From: Octopus sinensis
Lineage: Eukaryota
Direction: 5' to 3'
DNA: 64,000 bases
NCBI RefSeq assembly: GCF_006345805.1
Contig: NC_043006.1
Coordinates: forward strand, 103,788,001-103,852,000
Shown here: positions 1 through 12,506 of the stretch, piece after piece
Layout of the letters: every line of letters starts with the position of its first letter
Position numbering within the stretch: the stretch's first letter is position 1
Notes under the pieces: model-generated
Database searches by the model: none
What the model was told of the DNA's origin: nothing
The model's input: only the letters and a program-made list of their open reading frames with translations
Translations under genes and position numbers: made by a program

Positions 1-464
1 ACCAGTTGAGCACCGAGGCCTATCTAATCGACTTGCTTGATTCCTCAAAACTACTGGATATATATATTAAAATTTGCAACCGTTACGAAATATCTAAAGA
101 AACTTTATGAAAATAATTAACTCGCGAAGTATTTCATATGCCGCTCTGGATTTTGCCCGGCGACTGAGGGAAAAGAATATTTGTTAAAACTTGTCCATCT
201 GTGTTGTCTTTTATTTTGTGTCCATTGCTCTCAAGACACATGTATATACACACACTCACACATATACACACACAAATACACACATACACACGAACACTTA
301 TTTTTGATGCCATAAGAATCTATAAACCTTCGAAAGAACAGAAACAATTCTCGTTGGGAAATGGATCCCCAAGCACACATATAACGCTTCGAATATTAAC
401 GTAAATATTGGATTCAATATCCCCTCTGCATAGAATAAGTTGAAGGCTCCACATTTGGACACGA

Positions 465-504
<40 letters not shown>

Positions 505-508
<4 letters not shown>

Positions 509-720
509 CAAAATGTTACTGCATGTGTACCATTGGGGATTTTTCTTCCTCTGTCTTCCCTTCACTGGATCTTTCCTTCTCCTATGTTTCCGACGAAGAG
601 CTCCGCTAGAAACGTTAAACCCTCCTTTCCTTCTTTCCTGAGCGTCCAATAATACTATATTTGTTCCATGTCCTCGCGTTGTTGTGTTTTTTTTTTGTGC
701 TTTCTTGTTTGGATTAACTT
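505..720 (+). mobile_element. Short interspersed repeat family A (Penelope-pLTR-like) carrying a degenerate hammerhead motif at 586-620
   Basis: Same ~210-bp sequence recurs at 7670-7860(-), 19535-19745(-), 25253-25352(-, partial), 26725-26940(+). Motif GTTT-CCGACGA-A-GAGC TCC GCTA-GAAAC-GTT-AAAC. Flanked by (TA)n and (TC)n. Confidence 0.75.
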
Positions 721-739
721 TCTCTCTCTCTCTCTCTCT

Positions 740-779
740 CTACATTGAAAAGGGGCAATACCCCGAAACGCGTCTGTAG
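740..779 (+). ncRNA. Minimal type-I hammerhead ribozyme with U3:A8 core
   Basis: Stem I CUACA(740-744)/UGUAG(775-779); core UUGAAAA(745-751); stem II GGGG-CAAUA-CCCC; GAAAC; palindromic stem III ACGCGU; GUC cleavage triplet 772-774. Confidence 0.8.
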
Positions 780-1009
780 CTGCCGGTCAAGTAGTGTGGA
801 GCGACTGACCTCCCTTGTTCGAAGGTTATATGGATACAGTTTGTGTATCAAATAGCTAACTTAAGGCGATGGCCTCATGGAGCTAATAAGCGGACAGCTT
901 TATTCTTATTTTTATAAGAATGCCATATTAGTATGGCGATAACTATTATTTTCCGGGAACGCTGCCGCTGTTCTCTTTTAGAGAGACTTAGTAATTTTAA
1001 TATTTCTAT

Positions 1010-1042
<33 letters not shown>

Positions 1043-1053
1043 ATATATATATA

Positions 1054-1835
1054 TAATATCAGGGTAATAAAAATTATAGCAATTTTTACTACCAGTGGTC
1101 TAGCGCAAAAAATTTAGTCAAAAGACTATATATTATTCATATAAAATACCGTGTACATTAAAACACATTAAGAGGCTTCCATCATAGGAATGCCTTGCGC
1201 TAGAAATAACAGTTAAAGTCCAAGTCACTAATTAGGAATAAATTCTCGAAGGGAATGAAAAGTAAAAAAACATTTACCATCTAATTCAATTCCCGGACCA
1301 TGGTTTCTGACTTATATCAGTAAAATTAAAATTTACTGAGGTCGTCTTCTTCAGCGGGTAGCCTTAGAATAAATATACACACAGCGAGATCGATTCCGCA
1401 TGTAAACTCATTGCTTGTACATTTTAATTTTTTTCAAATCCACTGCGCAGTCGCAGTCTATTGTCGGCAACGGAGAGGATGCCGGTAAAAACTTCGAACA
1501 AATTTACCAGAAATCATTAAACATAATAAATAATATCAGGGTAATAAAAATTATAGCAATTTTTACTACCAGTAGTCTAGCGCAAAAAATTTAGTCAAAA
1601 GACTATATATTATTCATATAAAATACAGTGTACATTAAAACACATTAAGAGACTTCCATCATAGGAATGCCTTGCGCTAGAAAGAACATTTACCATCTAA
1701 TTCAATTGAATTAGATGGTAAATGTTTTTATTTTTCGTTCCCTTCGAGAATTTATCCCTAATTAGTGGCTTAGACTTTAACTGTTGTTTCTAGCGCAGGC
1801 ATTCCTATGATGGAAGCCTCTCAATGTGTTTTATA
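1054..1835 (-). mobile_element. Non-autonomous Penelope-like relic: partial tandem (period 477 bp) plus inverted copy
   Basis: TAATATCAGGGTAATAAAAATT... at 1054 and 1531; inverted copy from 1706 joined through a perfect palindrome; HHR at 1292-1358; flanked by (TA)n. Confidence 0.7.
1292..1358 (-). ncRNA. Minimal type-I hammerhead ribozyme with extended stem II
   Basis: Minus strand: CCCG-CUGAAGA-A-GAC...(UCAGUAAA/UUUACUGA hairpin)...GUC-A-GAAAC-CAUG-GUC|CGGG; stem III palindrome ACCAUGGU. Confidence 0.8.
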
Positions 1836-1884
1836 CATATATGTGTGTGTGTGTGTGTGTGCATATAATAAATGTTACTTTAGG

Positions 1885-1935
1885 GCAGGGCTGGCCAGCC
1901 TGAAGCCCTGGAGCCGCATGCGGCCCGCAGACTTT
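1885..1935 (+). mobile_element. hAT-like terminal fragment
   Basis: CAGGGCTGGCCAGCCTG...GCCGCATGCGGCCCGC resembles hAT/Charlie-type termini; no partner end found. Confidence 0.4.
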
Positions 1936-2136
1936 TATCTTGTATCCCGCTTGAAACTTTCTTGAAGTATTGCGTTTAATTTCCAAATAAATTTATTGTG
2001 TAAAACATACGTTTCAAAATTAATTTTAAATTTATAAGTGGCAATAAAGCAATAGCCTAACATTTTATAAATCTCTGAGCGAGGTATTAACAGTAGCTGC
2101 ACGACATCGTGAAGTATATTTGCCATTTAAATGTGG

Positions 2137-2194
2137 TTAACCCTTAAGGGTTGATGCTACTGCAAGCTACAGTAGCATCAACTTTTAAGAGTTA
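2137..2194. repeat. Palindromic mini-element, possibly a piggyBac-type MITE
   Basis: 25-bp arms (22/25 match) around a 7-nt loop; begins TTAACCCTT. Confidence 0.5.
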
Positions 2195-2704
2195 GCCAAA
2201 TTTAAGTGGCAATATATACTATGAAATGAAAATATAAAAAATTCTTGATTCTATGATTTGATTATTTGACTATTAGTGCATAAAATATACCAGGGGCCCT
2301 CAAAAGCTGTCTGTCATTAAAGTGGACTGTAATTTGAGTTCGCCAAGCCTGCTCTAGGGTATGTCCAAAGACTAACCGTTTTTGCGTTCGTAAGTTACTG
2401 GAACACTTTAAATTTACTAAATACAGGAGACAGTTGTCGAGGTGTGTCATGTTAATTATGCAACCTCAATGAGGACAATTAAAGGGGTCAAATTGACGAC
2501 GCCGTTACTGTTTTATTCACCTGCAAGAGGATCAACCAGTTGATCCCCGTGTTACTGTCCACGTGGAGGTTATGTAATAAATGCGATAGATTTTTAGTAC
2601 TGTCTCATTAATTTACTAAATTTTTATAAATTAATTGAATAAATTTTCGAAGGGAACGAAGGCTATAATCTTTGGGTATACTCCATAATAATGTATTTGC
2701 ATAG

Positions 2705-3010
2705 AAATACACACACACACACACACATGTATATATTTACATACATATACACATGCACATACATATATCTGAGTACGTTTAGACACACAGACACACAGAC
2801 ACACACACAGACACACACACAGACACACAGACACAGACACACACACACACACACAGACACACAGACACACACACAGACACACACACAGACACACACACAC
2901 AGACACACACACAGACACACACACAGACACACACACGCACACACACACACAGACACACACACAGACACACACACAGACACACACACACACACACACAGAC
3001 ACACACACGT
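2705..3010. repeat. (CA)n/(CAGA) compound microsatellite
   Basis: Directly visible. Confidence 0.95.
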
Positions 3011-3489
3011 ATGTATAACCTATTTAATAGTCTTACATCTGCAAGTCTTAACTTGATTTGTTTGGGAAGACGAAGTAATGCATCGATTACATGGTAACAC
3101 TTTCAGTATCGTTCGATTGGGTTTTTCCCCTGCACATTGATCTTTTCCCATCTGCAATAACAAAGCTATTATCAGCTGCTGGAGGTTAAATCTTTGATGC
3201 TCTGGATAATTGCATAATATCGCTTTAAACAAGATCCATTCACGCAATGTAATCATAATATGAGACCAGTTACTGAGCAAACTACTTAGATTGACATACA
3301 GGCGGCGGACACACTTGTAATAAATGCCCGTATGAACACATGCGTGAATACATCGGAATATATGAAATATGATATACGGGTTTCCATGTATAAACAGAGA
3401 AACAGACGAAAATAATTCTTCATCTATCAAGAAGAGTATATTTAATCATTCTATGCTTACCATTCACTTTGACGCTATTCAGAGTTTTA

Positions 3490-3527
3490 TGCTCCTGTGG
3501 ATTCCTTTAAGAGAATCCACGGGAGCA
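3490..3527. repeat. 15-bp inverted repeat/hairpin
   Basis: TGCTCCTGTGGATTC - CTTTAAGA - GAATCCACGGGAGCA (one G.U pair on the + strand). Confidence 0.8.
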
Positions 3528-3627
3528 GAAAATAGCAGAAAATAACTGGAGAATAAAAGAAACAAAAAGGAAAGACAACGGATGTCTGACGGGCGATCAG
3601 GCGTTATGTATACATACATATACACAT

Positions 3628-3662
<35 letters not shown>

Positions 3663-3705
3663 AGTTATATAATGAATATAACATAGAATAAAGAACAGTG
3701 GAAAA

Positions 3706-3869
<164 letters not shown>

Positions 3870-4699
3870 ATATATATATGCGTTTTTCACTGTTCTTTAT
3901 TTTATGTTATGTTCTGTTCCTGTCTGTAAAACTTCAAGTAATGTAAACATGCACGAACTTCTTCATACTAGTGTGTATGCATGTATACATAGATGTATTT
4001 ATGTATGTATGTATGTATTATGTATGTATGTATGTATGTATGTATGTATGTATATATGTATGTATGTATGTAAGTATCTATGTATGTATTAATTTATGTA
4101 TATATGTTTGCACGTATGTATATATGTAATATATACATATGTATGTAAGTATTATGTACGCACGTAGAGATGGATGGATGGATGGATGGATGGATGGATG
4201 GATGGATGGATGGATGGATCGATCGATCGATGGTGTTGGCGTCATGACGCCTGTCATGTCTTTGGAGGATGTAGGTTTGTGTCCTAAGGGTCACCTTCGA
4301 CTTTATCTATTCAATGGCATCTTTTTATTTATAAATAATAGCATATCTATATGTTATTATTAATGCCTCTATGTGCACTTCGAGAACTAATTCCAAAAAA
4401 GTAATATATATGAATGTATGTATGAATGTATATGATAAGCATGTATACATGCAAATATTTATAAATATATACATATATATGAGTGTGTGTGTGTGTCTAT
4501 ATATGTATATATATGTACGCACATAAACACACACATGCATGCCCCCCACCACACACACATAGATTCACGTGCATATTGTCATGTTGCTGATGTGAAATCG
4601 CGAAGGGCGGTTATCGAAGACGATTCTGTAGCATTTGTAGTCCCACTGACTTTTTCAATATTCTTTCTTACTCTAAGCACGAGGCCCGAAATTTTTGGG

Positions 4700-5235
4700 T
4701 AGGGTGTCAGTCATTTAGATCGACCCTAGTACGCAACTGGTACATAATTTATCATCGCTGAAAAGGTTGAAAGGCAAAGTCGACTTCGGCGGAATTTGAA
4801 CTCAGACAGACGAAATACCTATTTCTTTACTACCCACAAGGGGCTAAACACTGAGAGGACAAACAAGGATAGACAAACGGGTTAAGTCGATTACATCGAC
4901 CCCAGTGCGTAACTGGTACTTATTTAATCGACCCCGAAAGAATGAAAGGCAAAGTCGACATCGACGGAATTTGAACTCAGAACCTAGCGGCAGACGAAAT
5001 AGCTATTTCTTTACTACCCACAAGGTGCTAAACACAGAAGGGACAAACAAGGACAGACAAATGGATTAAGTCGACTATATCGACCCCAGTGCGTAACTGG
5101 TACTTATTTAATCGGCCCCGAAAGGATGAAAGGCAAAGTCGACCTCGGCGGAATTTGAACTCAGAACGTAAAGACAGACGAAATAACGCTAAGCATTTCG
5201 CCCGGCGTTCTAACGTTTGTGCTAGCTCGCCGCCT
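4700..5235 (-). mobile_element. tRNA-derived SINE family I, tandem trimer
   Basis: Head GGCGGCGAGCT(G/A)GCA..AACGTTAG, B box GAGTTCAAATTCC, body GTCGACTTTGCCTTTCATCCTTTCGGGGTCGAT, tail GTGGGTAGTAAAGAAATA; three monomers. Confidence 0.9.
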
Positions 5236-5394
5236 TCAGACTCTTTCAATATTGTGTTATCCAAGATGATGATATGGAACATTTTTCCTATATAAGAAGA
5301 TCATTCATTGTATATATGTGCAGTTAAGTGTACCCAACATATTAAATACAAGTGCAAGAATCTTTTATTTTAAACCTCCTCTTTTTGTATGTCT

Positions 5395-5615
5395 TTTAGT
5401 CTTTTACTCTTGTACTTGTTTCAGACATTTGAATGCGACCATGCTGGAGCACTGCCTTTAGTCGAGCAAATCGCCCCCGAGACTTATTCTTTGTAAGCCT
5501 AGTACTTATTCTATCGGTCTCTATTGCCGAACCGCTAAGTTACGGGGACGCAAACACACCACCGTCGGTTGTCAAGCGATGTTGGGAGGAGAAACACCAA
5601 CACATAAACATATAC
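5395..5615 (-). mobile_element. SINE family II, 3' half
   Basis: Matches the fuller copies at 20005-20345 and 54155-54530. Confidence 0.85.
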
Positions 5616-5656
5616 ACACACATACATACATACATACATATATATATATATTATAT

Positions 5657-5690
<34 letters not shown>

Positions 5691-6317
5691 ATATATTATA
5701 ATATATATGACATTGAAGAGATAGCAATTGTTTCTTCACGTACAGAAAGAAAATCGAGGGAAACGAAACTCCGCCTTCATTGAGTTGGTATTGTACTCAT
5801 ACATAGCACTGTGTGTACACGCTACAATGTTTACGATCTCACAGAAAATTCCCAAACGTATTGTCTACAGAGGATTTTGCTGCCCTACACATTAAAGATA
5901 TTTGAATTCTGAGATAGCGTAGAAAAATAAGATGTATGTGTTTTGTGGATGATGATAATCAATAAAATACCGAAAATAATCCAATCGCCTTTTTATATTC
6001 ATTCCTTTTCCAAATATTTCTAATCTTTTCTTTTTCAGTTCTTACATGAAGTGTCGGAGAAAATGTTGAAGGCAAAACTTCTAAGTTAGAATATGTATGC
6101 CTATGTGTATCATTGTGTATGTCTGTATGCTAATACAAGTTTTGAAGAACGCCGGAGAGTCATAAAATGGTACATACTTGGATTCGTGGAATATTTTTTA
6201 ATGTTTAATTCGTAGCATGTGTCCACTGGTGTAATAACTCTATTCACCAATAAAACAAAACGCGGCTGAAACAGCTGTAGAGAATGAACCACTATCCATG
6301 TGTTATTATTTGTACAC

Positions 6318-6397
<80 letters not shown>

Positions 6398-6399
6398 AG

Positions 6400-6585
6400 G
6401 GAAAGTTTAAGAAAAAAAACAATAGACGAAGACAGGTGGTGTACAAAACACACAGATGTACTAGTATTACGCTCAGGAATAGAAAAATACTTTTACGTTT
6501 CGAGCCTACGCTCTTCTACAGAAAGGGACACAGAAAAAACAAGGAGAGAAACAAGGAGAGAAAATATGTGTGTAGTGGCTAATAT
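6400..6585 (-). mobile_element. Short repeat family B with a hammerhead-like motif at 6490-6525
   Basis: Recurs at 41240-41425 and partly at 7925-7980. Minus strand: CUUU-CUGUAGA-A-GAGC GUAG GCUC-GAAAC-GUA|AAAG. Confidence 0.7.
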
Positions 6586-7209
6586 ATCTATCTATTTTTC
6601 TCTGGGTTGTGTATGCTCTTGTACGTGTATGTGTAAGTGTGATTATGTGTGTAAGTACGTAGTCGTATACGTCCATTAACGTTAGCATATGTATGTGTTG
6701 TGAGTATATATATGTGTGTGTAGATGTGTTTGTATGTACATGTATATGGAAGTGTGCATATATGTATATGTATGTGCATATGTATGTGTATAGGTATGTA
6801 TATATATATAATATATATATATATATATGTATACGTATGTGTGTATATGTATATGTTCGTATACCTATGTGCGCATGTGTATATATGTATGTTTGTATGG
6901 GTAAATATATGGATATATCAATATGTGTGTGTTTACTTATATATATATATGTAATATTAGTATGAAATATATGTTTATCTAAACACATGTTGCCTTTATG
7001 TGTGTATGCGCGCGTGTTTGCATATGCATATATATACGTCACATATTTGGGGGCTTCATCTATATGTTAAAATGTCTTTTTGATGAGTACTCTTATTTAT
7101 ATCCTCCCTGAAGGGATTGATGCATAGCTGACCATTACTCATCCTGTCGGACGTAACTTGTATATATATGTCTGTGTGTATATTTATGTATGTATACGTT
7201 GTATATATA

Positions 7210-7268
<59 letters not shown>

Positions 7269-7269
7269 A

Positions 7270-7585
7270 TAAATATTAGGGAATAAATCCAAATTTACAG
7301 GGAAAAAATCAGATTTAGGATTAAATCCAATTTTATAGTAAAATATTATATAATATTATTAGAGAGACAAAACCACTGTTTTGCAACAAGGAAAGACTTA
7401 ATCAATACATAAAATTTTAATAAAAAGTCAAAAAAACCGCCACTACAATTGTTTCTTGTCTTGATCGACAATCTTCAGGTGGACTTCCAATAAGTCAGTT
7501 TCAAATTTATTAAATTTTATGTATTGATTAAGTCTTTCCTTGTTTGTTTTGCAAAATAGTGGTTTTGTCTCTAATAATATTATAT
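7270..7585. mobile_element. Foldback element (arms ~7349-7424 and ~7506-7584) enclosing an HHR
   Basis: About 75-bp inverted arms; HHR in the spacer; (TA)n on both sides. Confidence 0.75.
7440..7482 (-). ncRNA. Minimal type-I hammerhead ribozyme, canonical core
   Basis: Minus strand: CCAC-CUGAAGA-UUGUC GAUCAA GACAA-GAAAC-AAUU-GUA|GUGG; stem III palindrome ACAAUUGU. Confidence 0.85.
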
Positions 7586-7669
7586 TATATCTATTATATT
7601 ATATATATATATATATAACATACATTATCTATATACATACATACATATATGTATATATATATATATGCA

Positions 7670-7860
7670 GTTAATCTAAACATGAACAAGCAATAAAAAA
7701 TAACAACGCGAGGACGTGGAATAAATACAGTATTATTGGACGCTCAAGAAAGGAAAGAAAAAAAAATTCGTGTTTCGAGCGGAGCTCTTCATCAGAAATA
7801 TAGAAAAGTCCAAAGAAGGAAGACCGAGAAACAAAATCGCCTATACACACGCGGTCTCAT
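7670..7860 (-). mobile_element. Family A copy (intact CUGAUGA core, damaged stem III)
   Basis: Minus strand 7765-7799: CUGAUGA-A-GAGC UCC GCUC-GAAAC. Confidence 0.7.
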
Positions 7861-7878
7861 ATTGTGTATGTATATATA

Positions 7879-7924
<46 letters not shown>

Positions 7925-7979
7925 CGGGAAGCTTTATGAAAATAGACAAAAGACGAAGGCAGGTGGAATACAAACAAAC

Positions 7980-8018
<39 letters not shown>

Positions 8019-9184
8019 TATATGTATATATATATATATAATATATATATATAATATATGTATATATATACATATATATACATATATATACATATATATT
8101 GATTAGTAATTAATAATTTTACCACAATATATACATATATATATATATTTTTGTACTGTCGTTACTGTCTTGTTTTTTTTACCATTTTCTTTACCATTTT
8201 TTACCCCTCTGCGAAAAGATCTCAGAATTTTAATTGATTTGCTTTTCGCAGGAAGGAAAGTTTCTTGTCGAAGATACGTCTCGCTTTTATCCTTCGAAAC
8301 GTAGAGTAGATGAAATCTTAGCGACTGAAGAAGGGTTTTTTTCATTGTGTTAACTGTCCTGTACTCCATTTTTTGTTACTTTAAAAAAATGTCCAGTTCC
8401 TTGGGTTTGTGTCTATGTTTTCGTTTCTCTTTGTGTTCGACGTCCCTTTGGTGTCCTGTACTCATATATGCGTGTATATGTACATGTAGAGGTAGGTACG
8501 TACATATATGTTTATATATATGCATATGTTTTATTTCTTTTATTAATATATATATATATATATATCCACACTTAAAACAAATTACATTAACGCAGTATAT
8601 ATATTTCATAGTAGCAAAATCTCTGTCCAAATCCTTATATAACAGCGAGTTTAAAGTTTCTTGAAGAAAGCCACTAACACAAACAATAACTTCAAAGGTT
8701 ATCTCAAGTATATTACAAATCAAACCATTTTATTTACGACCATCCTTTGTGAACCCTAATTAACACTAAACCAGCTTCAGATAAAAAGAATCTTGAGAAA
8801 TTACGCCAAAGATTTCCTCCTAATAACTGTGCCCTAATAAGATACATTTGAGAATACCTTTCCTTTCAAGTATAACTGACCTCTGAATATTAAGGCCCCA
8901 CCTATCACACCAAAATAATTGTCTCCAGCATGTCTATCTCACAAACTGCAAATATGTCTTTTCTCCCATCGTTTAACTTACCTTCACATCGTACACGTTT
9001 ACCCCTACACTACACGTAATTCTCATTCACATTAATCTAACCCCAGTAGAAGTAACCAACCGATAATGTGTGCAATCAGAATGAACAGAATTAAACCAAC
9101 GTTTGCCAGATATACATACGCATCTGTATATATGCATGTCTGTGTACATGTAGGTGTGTAAGGAAACACATCGTTAGTTAGCTA

Positions 9185-9270
9185 GCTAGATAGAAAGAGA
9201 GAGAGGAAGAGAGAGAGAGAGAGAGAAAGGATGGCAAAAGAGAGGTAGATAGATAGATAAATAGAGATAG

Positions 9271-9319
<49 letters not shown>

Positions 9320-9362
9320 CATAGGTAGATAGATAGATAGTTAGATAGATGGACAGATAGAC

Positions 9363-9441
<79 letters not shown>

Positions 9442-9530
9442 CAGAAGACAGACAGACAGAGAGAAAGGCAGGCAGATAAACAGAAAGACAGATACACAGA
9501 CAAACAGACTGATAGATACACAGACAAATA
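9185..9530. repeat. (AG)n/(TAGA)n/(CAGA)n microsatellite
   Basis: Directly visible. Confidence 0.95.
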
Positions 9531-9899
9531 ACTAGGTATCAGTAAACATTTACACATATAATGAAAACATTATATATAAACACAAAAGCCATGTAAACGT
9601 ATGTGGATATTTGCAAAAGTCTGTATATATCAATGGCGGTTTATCCGTTCATAGCTTGTCTAAATTCATCAGAACAACTCATGACAATAGATCTTATAGA
9701 AACGACTAAACAATACGTCTCTTACTATCATCTATTATTCACGTTGTATTCCTATACCATATCTGCTCGTATTATCATTGTTTAGGTTTCATGTGTAATT
9801 CTTCTTCACAAAAATAATTCGATAATTTAAATTATATATAACGTTGAGAAAAAATTATTTACAAATACCCATTAAACAAGCTATTATTCCGGATTGAGC

Positions 9900-10575
9900 T
9901 TTGCATGCATGTATGTTAACTACGTAGTATGTATGTATGTATGTATGTATGTATGTATGTATGTATGTATGTATGTATGTACGTATGTATGTATGTATGT
10001 ATCTATGTATGTACATCTGTATGTATTTATGTATGTATGTATATATGTATGTATGCATGTATGTTTGTATGTATGTATGTATGTATGTGTGTATGTATGT
10101 ATGTATGTATGTATGTATGTTTGTATGTATGTATGTATGTATGTATTTATGTATGTATGTATGTATATATGTATGTATGTATGTGTGTATGTATGATTGT
10201 ATGTATGTATATATGTATGTGTGTATGTATGTATGTATGTATGTATGTATATATGTATGTATGTATGTACATCTGTATGTATTTATGTATGTATATATGT
10301 ATGTATGTATGTATGTATTTATGTATGTATGTACATCTGTATGTATTTATGTATGTATGTATATATGTATGTATGTATGTACATCTGTATGTATGTATGT
10401 ATTTATGTATGTATGTATGTATGTATGTATGTATGTACATCTGTATGTATTTATGTATGTATGTATGTATGTATGTATGTATGTACATCTGTATGTATTT
10501 ATGTATGTATATATGTATGTATGTATGTACATCTGTATGTATGTATGTATGTATGTATGTATGTATGTATGCATG
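9900..10575. repeat. (TATG)n microsatellite with recurring TACATCTG variant units
   Basis: Directly visible. Confidence 0.95.
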
Positions 10576-10795
10576 TATTTAAATCAATGTGCTCATAAAT
10601 GTTTAAAACTGTGTATCCTACAAAGCTACTGTGATGTTATAGATTTTTGTTAACTGTTTCTGTATATACGTATTTGAGTGTGTATATATACATACATATA
10701 CACACACATATGTTTACTTAGATATATCTGTGAAGGTATGTATTTTTCTATCAATATTTGCATGCTTATATACATACAGGTGTATGTTTGTATGT

Positions 10796-10846
<51 letters not shown>

Positions 10847-10914
10847 TAGCAGACAAAACCTGGCCTTGCTCAGGATTAAAATAGCATTGTTTTTTTTCTG
10901 TTTTAATTGTTTCA

Positions 10915-11109
10915 TTCATGTGAATGCGGCCATGCTGAAGCATCCCCTTTGGTAGAAAAAATCGACCACAGGATTTATGCTTTGTAAGCGTAGTATTTAT
11001 TCCATCAGTACCTTTGGCCGATCCGCTAAGTTATGGGAACTTAAGCACAGCAACATCGGTTGACAAGCAATGGTGGGGGTAGGAACACAGACACACTCAC
11101 AACATAAAT

Positions 11110-11110
<1 letters not shown>
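10915..11110 (-). mobile_element. SINE family II, degenerate 3' half
   Basis: GCGGCCATGCTG...CCGCTAAGTTATGGG...CATCGGTTGACAAGC similar to the other copies. Confidence 0.75.
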
Positions 11111-11144
<34 letters not shown>

Positions 11145-11458
11145 CTTACATATACCTATATATACGCATATATACATACATATATATACATAAATATACA
11201 TACATATACATATATACACATATATATACACACACATATATACGCACATGTATACACAAATAAATACATGTGCATACATATATATTTATATATACATAAA
11301 TATATATATGTATATATATATATAGTGAATAAAGCATAAGGTTTATTATCCTCTTCTCTTTTATATATATATACATGCATATGCATACATGTACATACAT
11401 ATATAGATATAAATATAAATACATATATTCATGTATACATATATATAAATACATATAT

Positions 11459-11520
<62 letters not shown>

Positions 11521-11533
11521 GTACATACATATA

Positions 11534-12500
11534 CAGGTGTTGGACAAAATAAGGGAAAAACCTTAAAATTTCAAACAAATTTATTTTAATATGGGATACG
11601 ACTGCCTTTGGTAGTAATTACAACTTGAATTCCATGAGATATTGACTCGTACAAAGTTTGAATTGTTTCCAAAAGAATTTTTGTTCATTCTTCAGCTAAA
11701 ACAGTCTCCAGTTCTTGTAGTGATGATGGTGGGGGATATCGACTCCTTACTTATTTTTCTAAAATGCATCATAAATGTTTAATAATATTTAGATCTGGGT
11801 TCTGTGGTAGCCAGATAAGATGTTCACCTTCACTAGAATGTTCCTCGTGCCATTCAGTAACAAATTTAGATGTATGATTGGTGTAATACCATCCTGAAAG
11901 ATTGTGTTACCCCTCGGAAACATTTCCGCAACCATGTGATGAATTTGATCAGATAATCAGATAAAATGCTTAAATAGACTTGACTATTAATTCTGGTATG
12001 AAGGGAAACCATTGGGCGGATTGCCAAGGTATAGCATCCCAGATCATCACAGATTTCCAAGGTATAGCACCCCAGATCATCACAGATGTTTAACAGTTGG
12101 AAAAAGGCAGTCCGGGTCAAATGCCTCTTTTGGCTGTCTCCAAATGTATACTCAGCCAGTGGTCGGAAATACGGTAAAGGATGACTCGTCCGAGAAAATA
12201 ACATTCTTCCACTGCTCTAGAGACCAATTTTGTAGGTTTTTACTCCACTCTGAACGCTTTGCAACGTTTGCTTTTGAAAGTAGAGGTTTTCTGATTGCAG
12301 TACTCCCGTGAAATCTGTTTTGTGCAGCTCCAGGCGAGCAGTTTTTGGGGAAACTGGTTTCTCGAGGAGGTCCTTAAACTCAGATATTAGGTTGAGCAAC
12401 ACTTGGATTGTAATTCAGAGAGTAAAAGGACGTACCACGGTCGAAGGTCACCTGTGTGAGATGCTATTATCTTATTTGGCTAAGGCATAGTGCGTTTTGT
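11534..12500 (-). mobile_element. Tc1-like DNA transposon relic, truncated at its 5' end
   Basis: TA|CAGGTGTTGGACAAAA terminus at 11534; minus-strand fragments VSPKTARLELHK and INSQVYLSILSDYL resemble Tc1 transposase. Confidence 0.7.
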
Positions 12501-12506
12501 GCTTTA

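Noticed and set aside
8260-8345. GAAG...CUUC-GAAAC-GUA and a nearby CUGAAGA
   Set aside because: The core and GAAA halves are in the wrong order or incomplete; cannot be folded into an HHR.
9660-9675. Minus-strand CUGAUGA (also at ~48190 and CUGAAGA at ~40650-40685, 19225)
   Set aside because: No downstream stem II, GAAA and NUH; chance heptamers.
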